Of a DNA stretch of 64,000 nt, positions 40,568 through 50,076 are shown one piece after another. Positions within the stretch are counted from its first letter, which is position 1. Each line of letters opens with the position of its first letter. This DNA is from an uncultured SAR86 cluster bacterium (GTDB lineage Bacteria; Pseudomonadota; Gammaproteobacteria; Magnimaribacterales; AG-339-G14). Both the position numbers and the translations under genes were made by a program. The DNA lies in NCBI GenBank assembly GCA_902514765.1, contig CABXSA010000002.1:17249-81248 (forward strand). Reading direction: 5' to 3'. The notes beneath the pieces are model-generated. The model was not told the DNA's origin, searched no databases, and saw only the letters and a program-made list of their open reading frames with translations.

Positions 40568-41993
40568 TTGGCAGCCTGTTATTGGATTGGAGGTTCATGT
40601 GCAACTTGCAACTAAAACAAAACTTTTTTCCTCTTCTCCAATAGCTTTTGGCGCCGAGCCAAATACTCAAGCTAATGAAATTGACTTGGGTCTTCCCGGT
40701 GTATTGCCGGTATTAAATAAGGAAGCGATTTCCCATGCATTAAAGTTTGGTTGTGCAATAAATGCTGAAATATCTGAAAAAGTAATTTTTGCGAGAAAGA
40801 ATTACTTTTATCCCGACCTGCCTAAGGGTTACCAAATAAGTCAACTGGATGACCCTATAGTTGGAAAAGGAAGTATTAAAATAAAACTTGGTGAAAAATC
40901 AAAAATTATTGGTGTTACTAGGGCTCATCTTGAAGAAGATGCAGGAAAATCAATCCATGATTTGTACAGTAATAACTCTGCAATAGATTTAAATAGAGCT
41001 GGGACTTGTTTGTTAGAAATTGTCTCTGAGCCTGATCTTAGTTCTGCAGAAGAAGCAATAGAGTATTTAAAAAAAATACACAGTATTGTTACTTTCCTAG
41101 GAATCTCAGATGGAGACATGTCACAAGGATCTATGAGATGTGACGCTAATGTATCTGTTAAAAAGCCCAATGATCATGAACTAGGTACTAGAACTGAATT
41201 AAAAAATATCAATTCTTTTAAATTTGTTGAAAAGGCCATTATTTTTGAAATTGATAGACAAATAAAAGAACTAGAAAATGGAAAAGAAATTATTCAAGAA
41301 ACAAGATTGTATGATTCTAAAAAAAATCTTACACAATCCATGCGCTCAAAAGAAGAAGCTAATGACTATCGCTATTTTCCTGAACCAGATTTAATTCCTA
41401 TAAAAATCTCAAAAGATCAAATTAACAATGTTCGAAAGAATCTGCCTGAATTGCCCGAAATCATGAAAGAAAGGTTCATGAAATCTTATGGGTTGTCAAA
41501 TGAAAATGCTGAACTAGTAACTGCAAATAAAGAAACTGCATCCTTTTTTGAAGATGTATTGTCTTATAAAGTTTCTCCTAAAATTGCCGTAAATTGGATT
41601 ACTGGAGACTTATTTGCGCTACTAAATAAAAACGATACTAATATTTTAGAATCCGAAGTAAGTCCAAAACATATTGCAGAGATAATACAAAATATTGAAG
41701 ACCAAAAAATTTCTGGACCTTCTGCAAAAAAACTTCTCGAAATAGTATGGAGTAAAGGAGGAGAAATACAGGAGCTCATTCAAAAAGAGGGTTTAGAACA
41801 AATTTCTAACGATGATGAAATTGAAAAAATTCTTGATGAGGTGATTTTTGAAAATCAAAAACAATTTGAGCAACTTAAATCAGGCAAAGATAGATTACAA
41901 GGCTTTTTCGTTGGCCAAGTTATGAAGAAAACTTCGGGAAGCGCAAGCCCGAAAGTTGTAAATAAACTTTTAAAGGATAAATTATCTAAGTAA
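40554..41993 (+). CDS. gatB: Asp/Glu-tRNA amidotransferase subunit B
   Basis: 479 aa. WQPVIGLEVHVQL start, and CDANVSV and NSFKFVEKAI motifs. Confidence 0.95.
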   Translation: MSSNNWQPVIGLEVHVQLATKTKLFSSSPIAFGAEPNTQANEIDLGLPGVLPVLNKEAISHALKFGCAINAEISEKVIFARKNYFYPDLPKGYQISQLDDPIVGKGSIKIKLGEKSKIIGVTRAHLEEDAGKSIHDLYSNNSAIDLNRAGTCLLEIVSEPDLSSAEEAIEYLKKIHSIVTFLGISDGDMSQGSMRCDANVSVKKPNDHELGTRTELKNINSFKFVEKAIIFEIDRQIKELENGKEIIQETRLYDSKKNLTQSMRSKEEANDYRYFPEPDLIPIKISKDQINNVRKNLPELPEIMKERFMKSYGLSNENAELVTANKETASFFEDVLSYKVSPKIAVNWITGDLFALLNKNDTNILESEVSPKHIAEIIQNIEDQKISGPSAKKLLEIVWSKGGEIQELIQKEGLEQISNDDEIEKILDEVIFENQKQFEQLKSGKDRLQGFFVGQVMKKTSGSASPKVVNKLLKDKLSK

Positions 41994-42438
41994 TGAACAT
42001 AGATAAAGATTCCGCTACATAAGCAGGTTTTTCTTGACCTTCTATCTCCATTACAACTTCATATTTCAAAAGATATCTTCCGTCACCTTTATCATCCACA
42101 GATAAAAGCGTTGATTTAGTCCTTACTTTTGAACCCACATTAACAGGAGTTAAAAATCGAACTTTATCAAGTCCATAATTAAAAACCATGGTCATGCCCT
42201 CAGGGGCAACTTGAGGAGCTGGCAAACCAGCCATCAACGAGAGTGATAAGAATCCATGAGCTATTGTTGAGCCAAAAAGAGGTGTAGCTTTTTCTGAATC
42301 GATATGAATGAATTGATGATCATTCGTCGCATCAGCGAATTGATTTATTCTATCTTGATCGACTTTTAACCAATCGGAAGCTCCCATATCTTTACCGATG
42401 TAATCCTTTAAAGTGTCTGCAGGTACTAATCCAGCCAT
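41986..42438 (-). CDS. MaoC-like (hot-dog fold) dehydratase / enoyl-CoA hydratase
   Basis: 150 aa. INQFADATNDHQFIHIDSEKA...GSTIAHGFLSLSL is the MaoC/NodN hydratase motif region. Its 3' end overlaps the 3' end of gatB by 8 nt (convergent genes). Confidence 0.75.
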   Translation of the reverse strand: MAGLVPADTLKDYIGKDMGASDWLKVDQDRINQFADATNDHQFIHIDSEKATPLFGSTIAHGFLSLSLMAGLPAPQVAPEGMTMVFNYGLDKVRFLTPVNVGSKVRTKSTLLSVDDKGDGRYLLKYEVVMEIEGQEKPAYVAESLSMFIT

Positions 42439-42455
42439 TGTTTTCTCCTTATTTT

Positions 42456-44072
42456 TTATTTCATTAAATGATTTTTGTAATCTTCTCGCAAACCTGTCTT
42501 GAGAAGTTTTCCTGTTGCTCCGTGAGGAAGTTCATCCAGAAAGATAACGTCATCAGGAAGCCACCATTTTGCTACTTTATCAGAAAGGTATTCCAATACT
42601 GAATCTTTATCACATTCTTCCAAACCATTTTTAACAATAAATAATAGAGGTCTTTCATCCCATTTGGCGTGAGCTACTCCAACAACACATGCTTCTGCTA
42701 CTCCAGGATGTCCAACTGCCGTATTTTCTAGATCAATAGAACTTATCCACTCTCCTCCAGATTTAATAACATCTTTACTTCTATCAACTATTCTCATATA
42801 ACCATGAGCGTCTATCGTTGCAACGTCTCCTGTATCAAACCAGCCATCATCGAGAGCTGTCTCATTAGACTTAAAGTAACGTTCAATAATTGCGGGACCT
42901 TTGACCATAAGTCTCCCAAACGTTTTTCCATCATTAGGAAGAACCTTGCCTTCATCATTAGTTATTTTCATTGAACAACCGTAAACTGCTCTACCTTGGC
43001 TTGTTTGAATTTCATATCTTTCTTCAAGATCCATGCCGTCCATCTCTGGGGTGTATGAATTGAGTGTCCCAAGCGGACTCATTTCTGTCATACCCCATCC
43101 ATGAAGTAAAAAACAATCATGTTTCTCTTGAAAGGCTTTAATCATAGCTTTTGGAGCAGCAGAACCACCAACCAAAACACTATTTACAGACTCAAGTTTG
43201 ATATTGTTCTTCTCAGTGTAATTCAGTAAGTCAAGCCATACCGTAGGAACTCCCATAAGTTGATTTACTTTTTCAGAAGTAATTAAATTACATATTGATT
43301 CACCATCAGTGAAAGGACCTGGAAAAACCATTTTTGCACCATACATAAATGAGGCATAGGGAATTCCCCATGCGTTAACATGAAACATTGGCACTACAGG
43401 AAGCAAAACAGTTTCAGAAGTTAAATTCATTGCATTCCCAGCAGTAGCATACCAAGCATGCAGAACTGTAGATCTGTGAGAATATAGAACTCCCTTAGGA
43501 TTTCCGGTTGTTCCAGAGGTGTAACACAATGATGACGCTGTATTCTCTTCAAACTCAGGCCAAACTATTTCTTCAGATTCATCAACGATAAGGTCTTCAT
43601 AACATATGAGATTTTCAATTGATGAAGATGGCATGTGCTCTTTATCAGTAAGCACTACAATTCCTTTGACCGTTTTAAGGTCAGAAATGACATTTTCTAT
43701 AATTGGTAAGAAAGGTGCATCAACGAAGATGTATTTATCTTCGGCATGATTAACAATATATTTAATGTCATCTGGGAATAATCTAGGATTAAGGGTATGA
43801 AGAACAGCCCCCAATCCAGAAATCCCAAAATAAAGTTCTAAATGACGATAACTGTTTACGGCCATCGTGGCAATTATATCTCCTTCTTTAATTTTTAAAT
43901 TAAGCAAAGCATTAGCCAATTTCTTTGATCTTTTTGCAGAGTCTATAATGGTATATCTGTGTATGCCTCCCTCTATAGAGTTGCTCACTATTTCTGTATT
44001 AGCGTTGTTTTTTATGGCGTGTTCTAAAACTCCTGAAATAAGAAGTTGTTCGTTCATCATATTTCCTAACAT
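42456..44072 (-). CDS. Acyl-CoA synthetase (AMP-forming fatty acid--CoA ligase family)
   Basis: 538 aa. AMP-binding motif [12 protein letters not shown] and later WFDTGD and GKLLK motifs. Substrate cannot be determined. Confidence 0.8.
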   Translation of the reverse strand: MLGNMMNEQLLISGVLEHAIKNNANTEIVSNSIEGGIHRYTIIDSAKRSKKLANALLNLKIKEGDIIATMAVNSYRHLELYFGISGLGAVLHTLNPRLFPDDIKYIVNHAEDKYIFVDAPFLPIIENVISDLKTVKGIVVLTDKEHMPSSSIENLICYEDLIVDESEEIVWPEFEENTASSLCYTSGTTGNPKGVLYSHRSTVLHAWYATAGNAMNLTSETVLLPVVPMFHVNAWGIPYASFMYGAKMVFPGPFTDGESICNLITSEKVNQLMGVPTVWLDLLNYTEKNNIKLESVNSVLVGGSAAPKAMIKAFQEKHDCFLLHGWGMTEMSPLGTLNSYTPEMDGMDLEERYEIQTSQGRAVYGCSMKITNDEGKVLPNDGKTFGRLMVKGPAIIERYFKSNETALDDGWFDTGDVATIDAHGYMRIVDRSKDVIKSGGEWISSIDLENTAVGHPGVAEACVVGVAHAKWDERPLLFIVKNGLEECDKDSVLEYLSDKVAKWWLPDDVIFLDELPHGATGKLLKTGLREDYKNHLMK

Positions 44073-44076
44073 AATC

Positions 44077-45132
44077 TCACCTTTTTTTTGTTAAACCCTT
44101 TTTGAATAAAGGAGAATATCTTCGCTCAAGAAATCCTTCAACCTCTTTTTTTGATTGTAAATGAAAAAGTTTTATATCGTTTAAAGAAGACATTAAAAAT
44201 GGTTTCCATTCCAATAAAATTTCATCAAGAGGCTTTTCAAAAATAAATCGAATAGATTTTTTACTAATATTTAAAGCGCGCTGTAATTCCTCTTCGTTTA
44301 ACTTCTTAAATGGATCAGAGAAGATTGGTTTTAATTCCTTTGGTAAATATGGAACTTTCTGCCTTGGGTTATATAAATAATTTAGTAAAAATTTATCTGT
44401 TTCCCTTAAGCCAGTCCCATTGAGAAAATGTCCAACTATTGATTTGTTTAAGGATCTTCCCTTTAACGGACCCAGGAACAATCTACTTGGACAATAATCA
44501 TTTGCATAAAAATTATCCCAAATAGCTATAGGATTTTTAAAAAAATCTTGAATAGACCTGAGAGACGAATTATCAATCCTTTCGCTTATGACATTGTCTC
44601 CTGTCCAAAAAATAACTATGCGATTATTCAAATTTTCTTTCAGCCCGCCTAAATATCCTTCATCAAATATCCCCTTTGATAAAGATAAATTGTAAATTGA
44701 TGGACAAAACCAGATATTTTTTTGTTTTGGAAACTGCATAGAAACTTCATTTAAAACTTCTGCATGTTTTTTTCCTAAATCTTTATCTGCGGCTTCCTTA
44801 CCAAAATTAGTAATATCAATGTCATCGAAGAAAATTGCTATTTCATCGAAGCCTGCCTTCCCAACAGCATGGGATAATTTTCTTTTCAAAAGGTTTAAAT
44901 TTTTTTTACTGTCCTTAAAAAATTCTGAAGTTGGAGAAACGCAATAAACTTGCTTGATTTTTTTTGGAAGAGTTCTTCTGATAAGATTTTTATCAAGTTC
45001 TTTCCATCGATGACGCAGATAAATATCTTCTTTTGGTCCATAAAAATAATGAGAAATTGGTGCTTTTAAGTCTTTAAAAGCATCAATTGCTAACCTGCGA
45101 GAATAATAACCTTCTATATAGCCTTTAAACAT
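44077..45132 (-). CDS. Glycoside hydrolase family 84 (O-GlcNAcase / beta-N-acetylglucosaminidase-like), cytoplasmic
   Basis: 351 aa, no signal peptide. Block-by-block similarity to GH84 catalytic domains as I recall them (human OGA, C. perfringens NagJ): GYIEGYYSR, YFYGPKED, IAIFFDDID (catalytic Asp-Asp), WFCPSIY, IFWTGDNVIS, IAIWDNFYANDY, RLFLGPLKGRS. A roughly 100-aa helical C-terminal region follows. Confidence 0.8.
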   Translation of the reverse strand: MFKGYIEGYYSRRLAIDAFKDLKAPISHYFYGPKEDIYLRHRWKELDKNLIRRTLPKKIKQVYCVSPTSEFFKDSKKNLNLLKRKLSHAVGKAGFDEIAIFFDDIDITNFGKEAADKDLGKKHAEVLNEVSMQFPKQKNIWFCPSIYNLSLSKGIFDEGYLGGLKENLNNRIVIFWTGDNVISERIDNSSLRSIQDFFKNPIAIWDNFYANDYCPSRLFLGPLKGRSLNKSIVGHFLNGTGLRETDKFLLNYLYNPRQKVPYLPKELKPIFSDPFKKLNEEELQRALNISKKSIRFIFEKPLDEILLEWKPFLMSSLNDIKLFHLQSKKEVEGFLERRYSPLFKKGLTKKR

Positions 45133-45135
45133 GAT

Positions 45136-45873
45136 TTAGATTCTACAGATCCTACATTCTGGATTTTTATGGATATCAACTTTTTTAAAATTTCCTTTCA
45201 ATGAATCAAAAACCATGAAATATGATTCAAAATTTTTTTCTATAGTCGCTTTTATCACTTCAATTGCCATTAAAGAGCCTATGGCTCCAACTAACGGAGA
45301 AGCAATCGCAGACTCTCTGCATGATAAATCTTCATTCTCAAGATCTTCAAATAAGCACTCATAGCAGGAATTCATAGTATCTCTTAAATCAAAGCAGCCC
45401 AATTGTCCTTTCCAAGCTATAGAAGATCCCGAAATAAGAATTTTGTTATGTTTTACGCAATATCTATTTACAATTTTCCTTGTTTCAAAATTGTCAGAGC
45501 AATCAAGAATTATTTCTGAATCCTTCAGCAAATGTTTGATGTTTGCAGAATCAACTTTTTCTTCTAATCCTGTTAGCTCAACAAAAGGATTTAATTGAGA
45601 TAATTTTTTTACTGAGGTAGTGGCTTTGTTTTTTGATAAGTCATTTTCGTCAAAAAGAATTTGCCTTTGTAAGTTTGAAGCTTCTACAAAATCAAAGTCT
45701 ATTATTTTAATTTTACCGAATCCAGATAAAGCTAAATAAAGAGAGGCAGAGCATCCTAAGCCGCCCATGCCTACAAATGCCAACGACATATTGTTAATTT
45801 TTTCCTGCCCTTCAATGTCTATTTCAGGCAACATAATGTGTCTGCTATATCTTAATAATTCTTCTTTTAACAT
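45136..45873 (-). CDS. moeB: ThiF/MoeB-family adenylyltransferase (probable molybdopterin-synthase adenylyltransferase)
   Basis: 245 aa. RYSRHIMLPEI start, nucleotide loop GMGGLGC and two CxxC pairs (CYEC, CRIC). It follows prfA-prmC, as moeB does in Pseudomonas. Confidence 0.7.
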   Translation of the reverse strand: MLKEELLRYSRHIMLPEIDIEGQEKINNMSLAFVGMGGLGCSASLYLALSGFGKIKIIDFDFVEASNLQRQILFDENDLSKNKATTSVKKLSQLNPFVELTGLEEKVDSANIKHLLKDSEIILDCSDNFETRKIVNRYCVKHNKILISGSSIAWKGQLGCFDLRDTMNSCYECLFEDLENEDLSCRESAIASPLVGAIGSLMAIEVIKATIEKNFESYFMVFDSLKGNFKKVDIHKNPECRICRI

Positions 45874-46676
45874 TGATAAATCGAAACTCTTTTATCCCCA
45901 TTTAGATCATTTAAATTCGAAAAATTAAGATATCCATTTTCCACGGCAAATTTATTTAATTCTTCGCATTGTTCAGGAGCATGTTCTAAATAGACTTTAC
46001 CATTTTCATTTAAGAAATTTTTTCCTTTAGATAATATTAATTTTAAATCAGATAGGCCTTTATCTTTTGAAAATAGAGCTTTTTCTGGTTCATACCAGAT
46101 CCCTTCTTCTTTTCCAGTAGTTGCCTCTTTGTCTACATAAGGAGGATTACAAATTAGATAATCTACCTGAGGAAAAAGCCATTCTTTATTCCAGTCGTGA
46201 TTTAGAAAAATTATGTTTTCACAGCAAAACTTCTCTGCATTTTGTTTTGCCACTAAGATGCTTTTAATAGAAATATCTGTTGCAAAAATAAAACAATCTC
46301 TATTTTCTTGAGCTATTGATATAGAAATCACTCCAGACCCTGTTCCAAGCTCAAGAAGTGTTTTACCTTGTAGATTTTCGTTGAGAACTACTTCTACTAA
46401 TGTTTCAGTCTCTGGACGCGGAACAAGGACATCTGGAGTGACAATAAAATTATTTTTCCAAAACCCTTTCTTTCCGGTTAAATAGGCTAGAGGTTTCCCT
46501 TTTAATCTCTCTTCTACCATTAGGTTAATGGAGCTTAAATCTTTTTTGTTAATTTCTTTTTTGATATCTGAATAAATTTTTGCTTTATCAATTTTTAGAA
46601 CGTGTTGAAAAATAATTTCAGCATCAAGACTATCAATTTTGTTTTTAGTTTCTATTAACTTATTCTTAAGAAGCAT
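45867..46676 (-). CDS. prmC: Release factor glutamine N5-methyltransferase
   Basis: 269 aa. SAM motif LELGTGSG and catalytic NPPY. Its start overlaps the prfA stop by 1 nt. Confidence 0.92.
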   Translation of the reverse strand: MLLKNKLIETKNKIDSLDAEIIFQHVLKIDKAKIYSDIKKEINKKDLSSINLMVEERLKGKPLAYLTGKKGFWKNNFIVTPDVLVPRPETETLVEVVLNENLQGKTLLELGTGSGVISISIAQENRDCFIFATDISIKSILVAKQNAEKFCCENIIFLNHDWNKEWLFPQVDYLICNPPYVDKEATTGKEEGIWYEPEKALFSKDKGLSDLKLILSKGKNFLNENGKVYLEHAPEQCEELNKFAVENGYLNFSNLNDLNGDKRVSIYQC

Positions 46677-47767
46677 CAGGTAGGTTCATTTTCTAGGTTA
46701 ATAAGTTTTTTTGCTTCATTCTCTTCTGTAAGGGCTGATAACATAATCTCCATGTCGCCATCTAAAAATTCTTCCAGATTATGGATAGAAAATTCTATTC
46801 TGTGATCAGTAACTCTGCTTTGAGGAAAATTATAAGTTCTAATTTTTTCTGACCTATCGCCGCTTCCAACCATAATCTTTCTTTGAGAATCTAATTCTTT
46901 AGCTTTTTCTTCTAAGGCTGCTTCATTCAATTTACTTTGAAGTAAAGACATAGCTTTTTCTTTATTCTTATGTTGCGATCTCCCATCCTGACACTCAACT
47001 ACAATTCCAGATGGAATATGAGTGAGTCTTACTGCGGAATCCGTTTTATTAACATGCTGTCCTCCTGCTCCAGATGCTCGAAAAGTATCGACTCGAACTT
47101 CTGATTTATCAATGTTTATATTTTCTTTTTCGTCTGCCTCTGGCAGAACGGCTACTGAACATGCTGAAGTATGAATTCTACCCTGTGATTCCGTTTCTGG
47201 AACCCTTTGAACCCTGTGTATCCCTGATTCATATTTGAGAAAACCATAAACACCTTTTCCAGTAATTTTAGATACTATTTCTTTAAAACCACCTTTTTCG
47301 CTTTCCCTAGAGCTAATGACTTCTATTAGCCATTTACGTCTTTCTGATAGCCTTGAAAACATCCTAAATAAATCGCCTGTAAACAGTCCTGCTTCATCGC
47401 CTCCGGTACCAGCTCGAATTTCTATGAATGCATTTTTTTCGTCATTTGGATCTTTTGGTAAAAGCATTTTTTTTAAATTTTCTTCTAATAAGTTTTTTTT
47501 ATTTTTGAGATTTTCTATTTCTTCTTGAGCTAAAGCTCTTATTTCACTATCGGAATCATTCAAAAGTTGATTTGATTCATCAATATTTCCCTCTACAGAT
47601 TTAAATTCACTAAAGCTATCAATAATGGGTTTTAAATTCGAATACTCTTTTGAAATAGACGTAAACTTAGTTTGATTTTCTATTGTCTCTGGCTTTGAGA
47701 GCTCAGATTCCATTTGGGAAAATTTAATTTGAATTTCTTCTAGTTTCTTTTTTACCGACTCCAGCAT
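46676..47767 (-). CDS. prfA: Peptide chain release factor 1
   Basis: Start moved to M32 of the track ORF (MLESVKKKLEEI...), giving 363 aa. QRVPETESQGRIHTS (RF1 codon-recognition region) and GGQHVNKT (GGQ motif). The upstream 31 codons are K/R-rich and would overlap the divergent gene. Confidence 0.95.
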   Translation of the reverse strand: MLESVKKKLEEIQIKFSQMESELSKPETIENQTKFTSISKEYSNLKPIIDSFSEFKSVEGNIDESNQLLNDSDSEIRALAQEEIENLKNKKNLLEENLKKMLLPKDPNDEKNAFIEIRAGTGGDEAGLFTGDLFRMFSRLSERRKWLIEVISSRESEKGGFKEIVSKITGKGVYGFLKYESGIHRVQRVPETESQGRIHTSACSVAVLPEADEKENINIDKSEVRVDTFRASGAGGQHVNKTDSAVRLTHIPSGIVVECQDGRSQHKNKEKAMSLLQSKLNEAALEEKAKELDSQRKIMVGSGDRSEKIRTYNFPQSRVTDHRIEFSIHNLEEFLDGDMEIMLSALTEENEAKKLINLENEPT

Positions 47768-47799
47768 AAAAACTATTATAGTATCTAGTCTGCTTACAT

Positions 47800-48240
47800 A
47801 TGAAAAAATCGTTTTTAGCTTGGTACCTTTTTTTGATTTTTTTCCTCTTTTCTTGTGCAATAGTCGATATTGAAGAGGATAATTTTTTGAAGAAAGGTAA
47901 GTTTTCTCTTGCTTCTAATTCTAAATATTTCTCAGGAACCATAAATGTCAGTCACAAAGAAAAAAAAATTAAATTGAATTTAGATGGTTTGAGCAAAGAC
48001 TTTAAAATTTTGTTTGAAGATGAAGAAATTAAAACTAACTTTAAATACGAAAACATCATAGAAGAATCTGATTTTAAGTTATTTCTTGAATGGTTCTTTT
48101 TCAAATGTACAAATATCGAATGCCAAAATTTTGCCTTGAAAAATCTTAAACTAAAAAAGTATTTATCAAATAAATCAGGTCTAATTATTCAAGGAAATTT
48201 TCAAAACTTTAGATTGTCACTGAAACTCAATGATATTTAG
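47800..48240 (+). CDS. Small lipoprotein, LolB-like by position
   Basis: 146 aa with signal peptide and lipobox LFSC. It sits immediately upstream of ispE, where lolB lies in Pseudomonas and E. coli. KGKFSLASNSKYFSGTINV...KIKLNLDGL resembles the LolB N-terminal beta strands. LolB is about 207 aa. Confidence 0.45.
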   Translation: MKKSFLAWYLFLIFFLFSCAIVDIEEDNFLKKGKFSLASNSKYFSGTINVSHKEKKIKLNLDGLSKDFKILFEDEEIKTNFKYENIIEESDFKLFLEWFFFKCTNIECQNFALKNLKLKKYLSNKSGLIIQGNFQNFRLSLKLNDI

Positions 48241-49045
48241 TTCTCCAGCAAAAATTAATTTATCTTTGAAAATAATTAGAAAGAGGTCAGATGGCTTCCA
48301 TGATATTGATTCAGATTTTCAATTTTTAAATTGGGGAGACAAAATCAAAATTTCTTCTTCAAATAAACTGTCAGTTTCAACAACAAAAATTCAGTTATCT
48401 CAAGAAGAAAACTTAGTTACTCAAGCTTTGAAAAAAATTGAGTCCTTTTGTGATACCCAACTTAATTATTCTGTAAAAATTGAGAAAAACATTCCTCTTG
48501 GCTCTGGACTTGGAGGCGGAAGTTCCAATGCGGCAACTGTAATGCTCGCAGTAAATAATCTCGCAAAACTCAATTTATCCACAGATGTGTTATTAGATTT
48601 GGGTACATCTTTAGGATCGGATATACCATTTTTTTTAAAAGGTCTGTCTGGAAGAGTCTCGGGAATAGGAGAGATAATTGAGCCTAAGGAATTCCCAGAA
48701 AATCTAGTCATGATTCTACTTCCTGAATGTTCAATATCCACAAAAGATGCCTATAACGCTATAACATTGGAGGAAATTTCAAATAAAAAAAATAGGTTAA
48801 ACGGAAACTTTTTTGAAGAGTGGGTTTTGTTTAATCACCCTCAGGTCAGAGAAGTATTTGACTTTTTAAGTGAGAACAGAGAAGTAAATATCTCTGGAAC
48901 AGGAAGTAGTATGTTCATAAAAATTAATTCTTTTGAAGAGGGAAAGGAAATAATGGATAATGCACCAATAAAATTAGCATATGTTATTACTAATACTATT
49001 AACGAATCGCCTTTATTAAATGAACTGCTTAATTCTGGGGTGTAG
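48230..49045 (+). CDS. ispE: 4-diphosphocytidyl-2-C-methyl-D-erythritol kinase
   Basis: 271 aa. GHMP-kinase motif PLGSGLGGGSSNAA. Its last 10 nt, including the TAG stop, lie inside tRNA-Gln. Confidence 0.9.
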   Translation: MIFSSPAKINLSLKIIRKRSDGFHDIDSDFQFLNWGDKIKISSSNKLSVSTTKIQLSQEENLVTQALKKIESFCDTQLNYSVKIEKNIPLGSGLGGGSSNAATVMLAVNNLAKLNLSTDVLLDLGTSLGSDIPFFLKGLSGRVSGIGEIIEPKEFPENLVMILLPECSISTKDAYNAITLEEISNKKNRLNGNFFEEWVLFNHPQVREVFDFLSENREVNISGTGSSMFIKINSFEEGKEIMDNAPIKLAYVITNTINESPLLNELLNSGV

Positions 49046-49110
49046 CCAAGCGGTAAGGCAGCGGCTTTTGATGCCGCCATGCGATGGTTCGAATCCATCC
49101 ACCCCAGCCA
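49036..49110 (+). tRNA. tRNA-Gln (anticodon TTG)
   Basis: Cloverleaf folded by hand: acceptor TGGGGTG/CACCCCA, anticodon arm GCGGC-TTTTGAT-GCCGC, T arm GATGG-TTCGAAT-CCATC, encoded CCA. Close to E. coli tRNA-Gln(UUG). Confidence 0.93.
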
Positions 49111-49120
49111 AAAAATAAAA

Positions 49121-50074
49121 ATGAATTCTAAAAACAACTTAGTAATTTTCTCCGGGAATTCTAATCCTGGCCTAGCAAACAAAATCGTTAAAAAGCTCAA
49201 CAAACCTCTTGGAAAAGCGACAGTGGGAAGATTTAGTGATCAAGAGATGAATATTAAAATTGAAGAAAACGTCAGGGGAAAGGATGTTTTCATAGTTCAG
49301 TCTACTTGTTTCCCAGCAAATGATAATCTAATGGAATTGATTATCATGATTGATGCTTTGAGACGAGCATCAGCATCAAGAATTACAGCTGTGATACCTT
49401 ATTTTGGATACGCTCGACAAGATCGAAGAGTTAGATCCGAAAGAGTTCCGATAAGTGCAAAATTAGTTGCAGATATGTTGCAAAGTGCTGGTGCCAACAG
49501 AGTTCTTACTATCGAACTGCACTCTGATCAAATTCAAGGCTTCTTCAATATCCCAGTTGATAATGTTTATGGAACAAGTGTAATTTTTGATCATATCGTT
49601 AAGTCGAAATATAAAAATCAAATGGTGGTTTCTCCTGATGTTGGAGGAGTAGTAAGAGCAAGAGCATTGGCTAAGTTTTTAGATGATGCCGATTTAGCAA
49701 TTATTGATAAAAGAAGAGAAAAGGAAAATCAATCTCAGGTTATGAACGTTATTGGAGATGTGAAAGATAAAACATGCATTCTTGTTGACGATATAATTGA
49801 TACGGCTGGAACAATTTGTAATGCTGCAGAAGCTTTAAAGGAGTCAGGTGCTAAAAAAGTTGTTAGTTATGCTACTCATGCAGTTCTTTCTGGAGATGCT
49901 TTAAAAAATATTAGTAATTCAAGACTAGACGAATTAATAGTTACTGATACAATTCCGCTTTCAGAAATGGCCACATCAACTAAAAAGATTAAAACTATTT
50001 CTATGGATAAAACTATAGCTGAGGCTATAAATAGGGTTAATAAAGAAGAATCCATTAGCCAAATGTTTTTATAA
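49121..50074 (+). CDS. prs: Ribose-phosphate pyrophosphokinase
   Basis: Start moved to the ATG at 49121 ([19 protein letters not shown]...), because the track ORF starts inside the tRNA. Motifs GYARQDRR and DDIIDTAGT. Confidence 0.96.
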   Translation: MNSKNNLVIFSGNSNPGLANKIVKKLNKPLGKATVGRFSDQEMNIKIEENVRGKDVFIVQSTCFPANDNLMELIIMIDALRRASASRITAVIPYFGYARQDRRVRSERVPISAKLVADMLQSAGANRVLTIELHSDQIQGFFNIPVDNVYGTSVIFDHIVKSKYKNQMVVSPDVGGVVRARALAKFLDDADLAIIDKRREKENQSQVMNVIGDVKDKTCILVDDIIDTAGTICNAAEALKESGAKKVVSYATHAVLSGDALKNISNSRLDELIVTDTIPLSEMATSTKKIKTISMDKTIAEAINRVNKEESISQMFL

Positions 50075-50076
50075 AA

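Noticed and set aside
47768-47942. A K/R-rich 31-codon N-terminal extension of the prfA ORF (MHKKRGKKSKKG…), and the 72-aa minus-strand ORF at 47724-47942.
   Set aside because: RF1 homology begins at MLESVKKKLEE (start 47767, giving a normal 363 aa). The extension would overlap the divergent lipoprotein gene. The 72-aa ORF is in another frame, overlaps both real genes, and has no recognisable features.
48575-48583. A perfect DnaA box, TTATCCACA.
   Set aside because: It is a single copy inside ispE with no cluster, AT-rich unwinding element or intergenic space. One chance 9-mer match is expected in 64 kb counting both strands.
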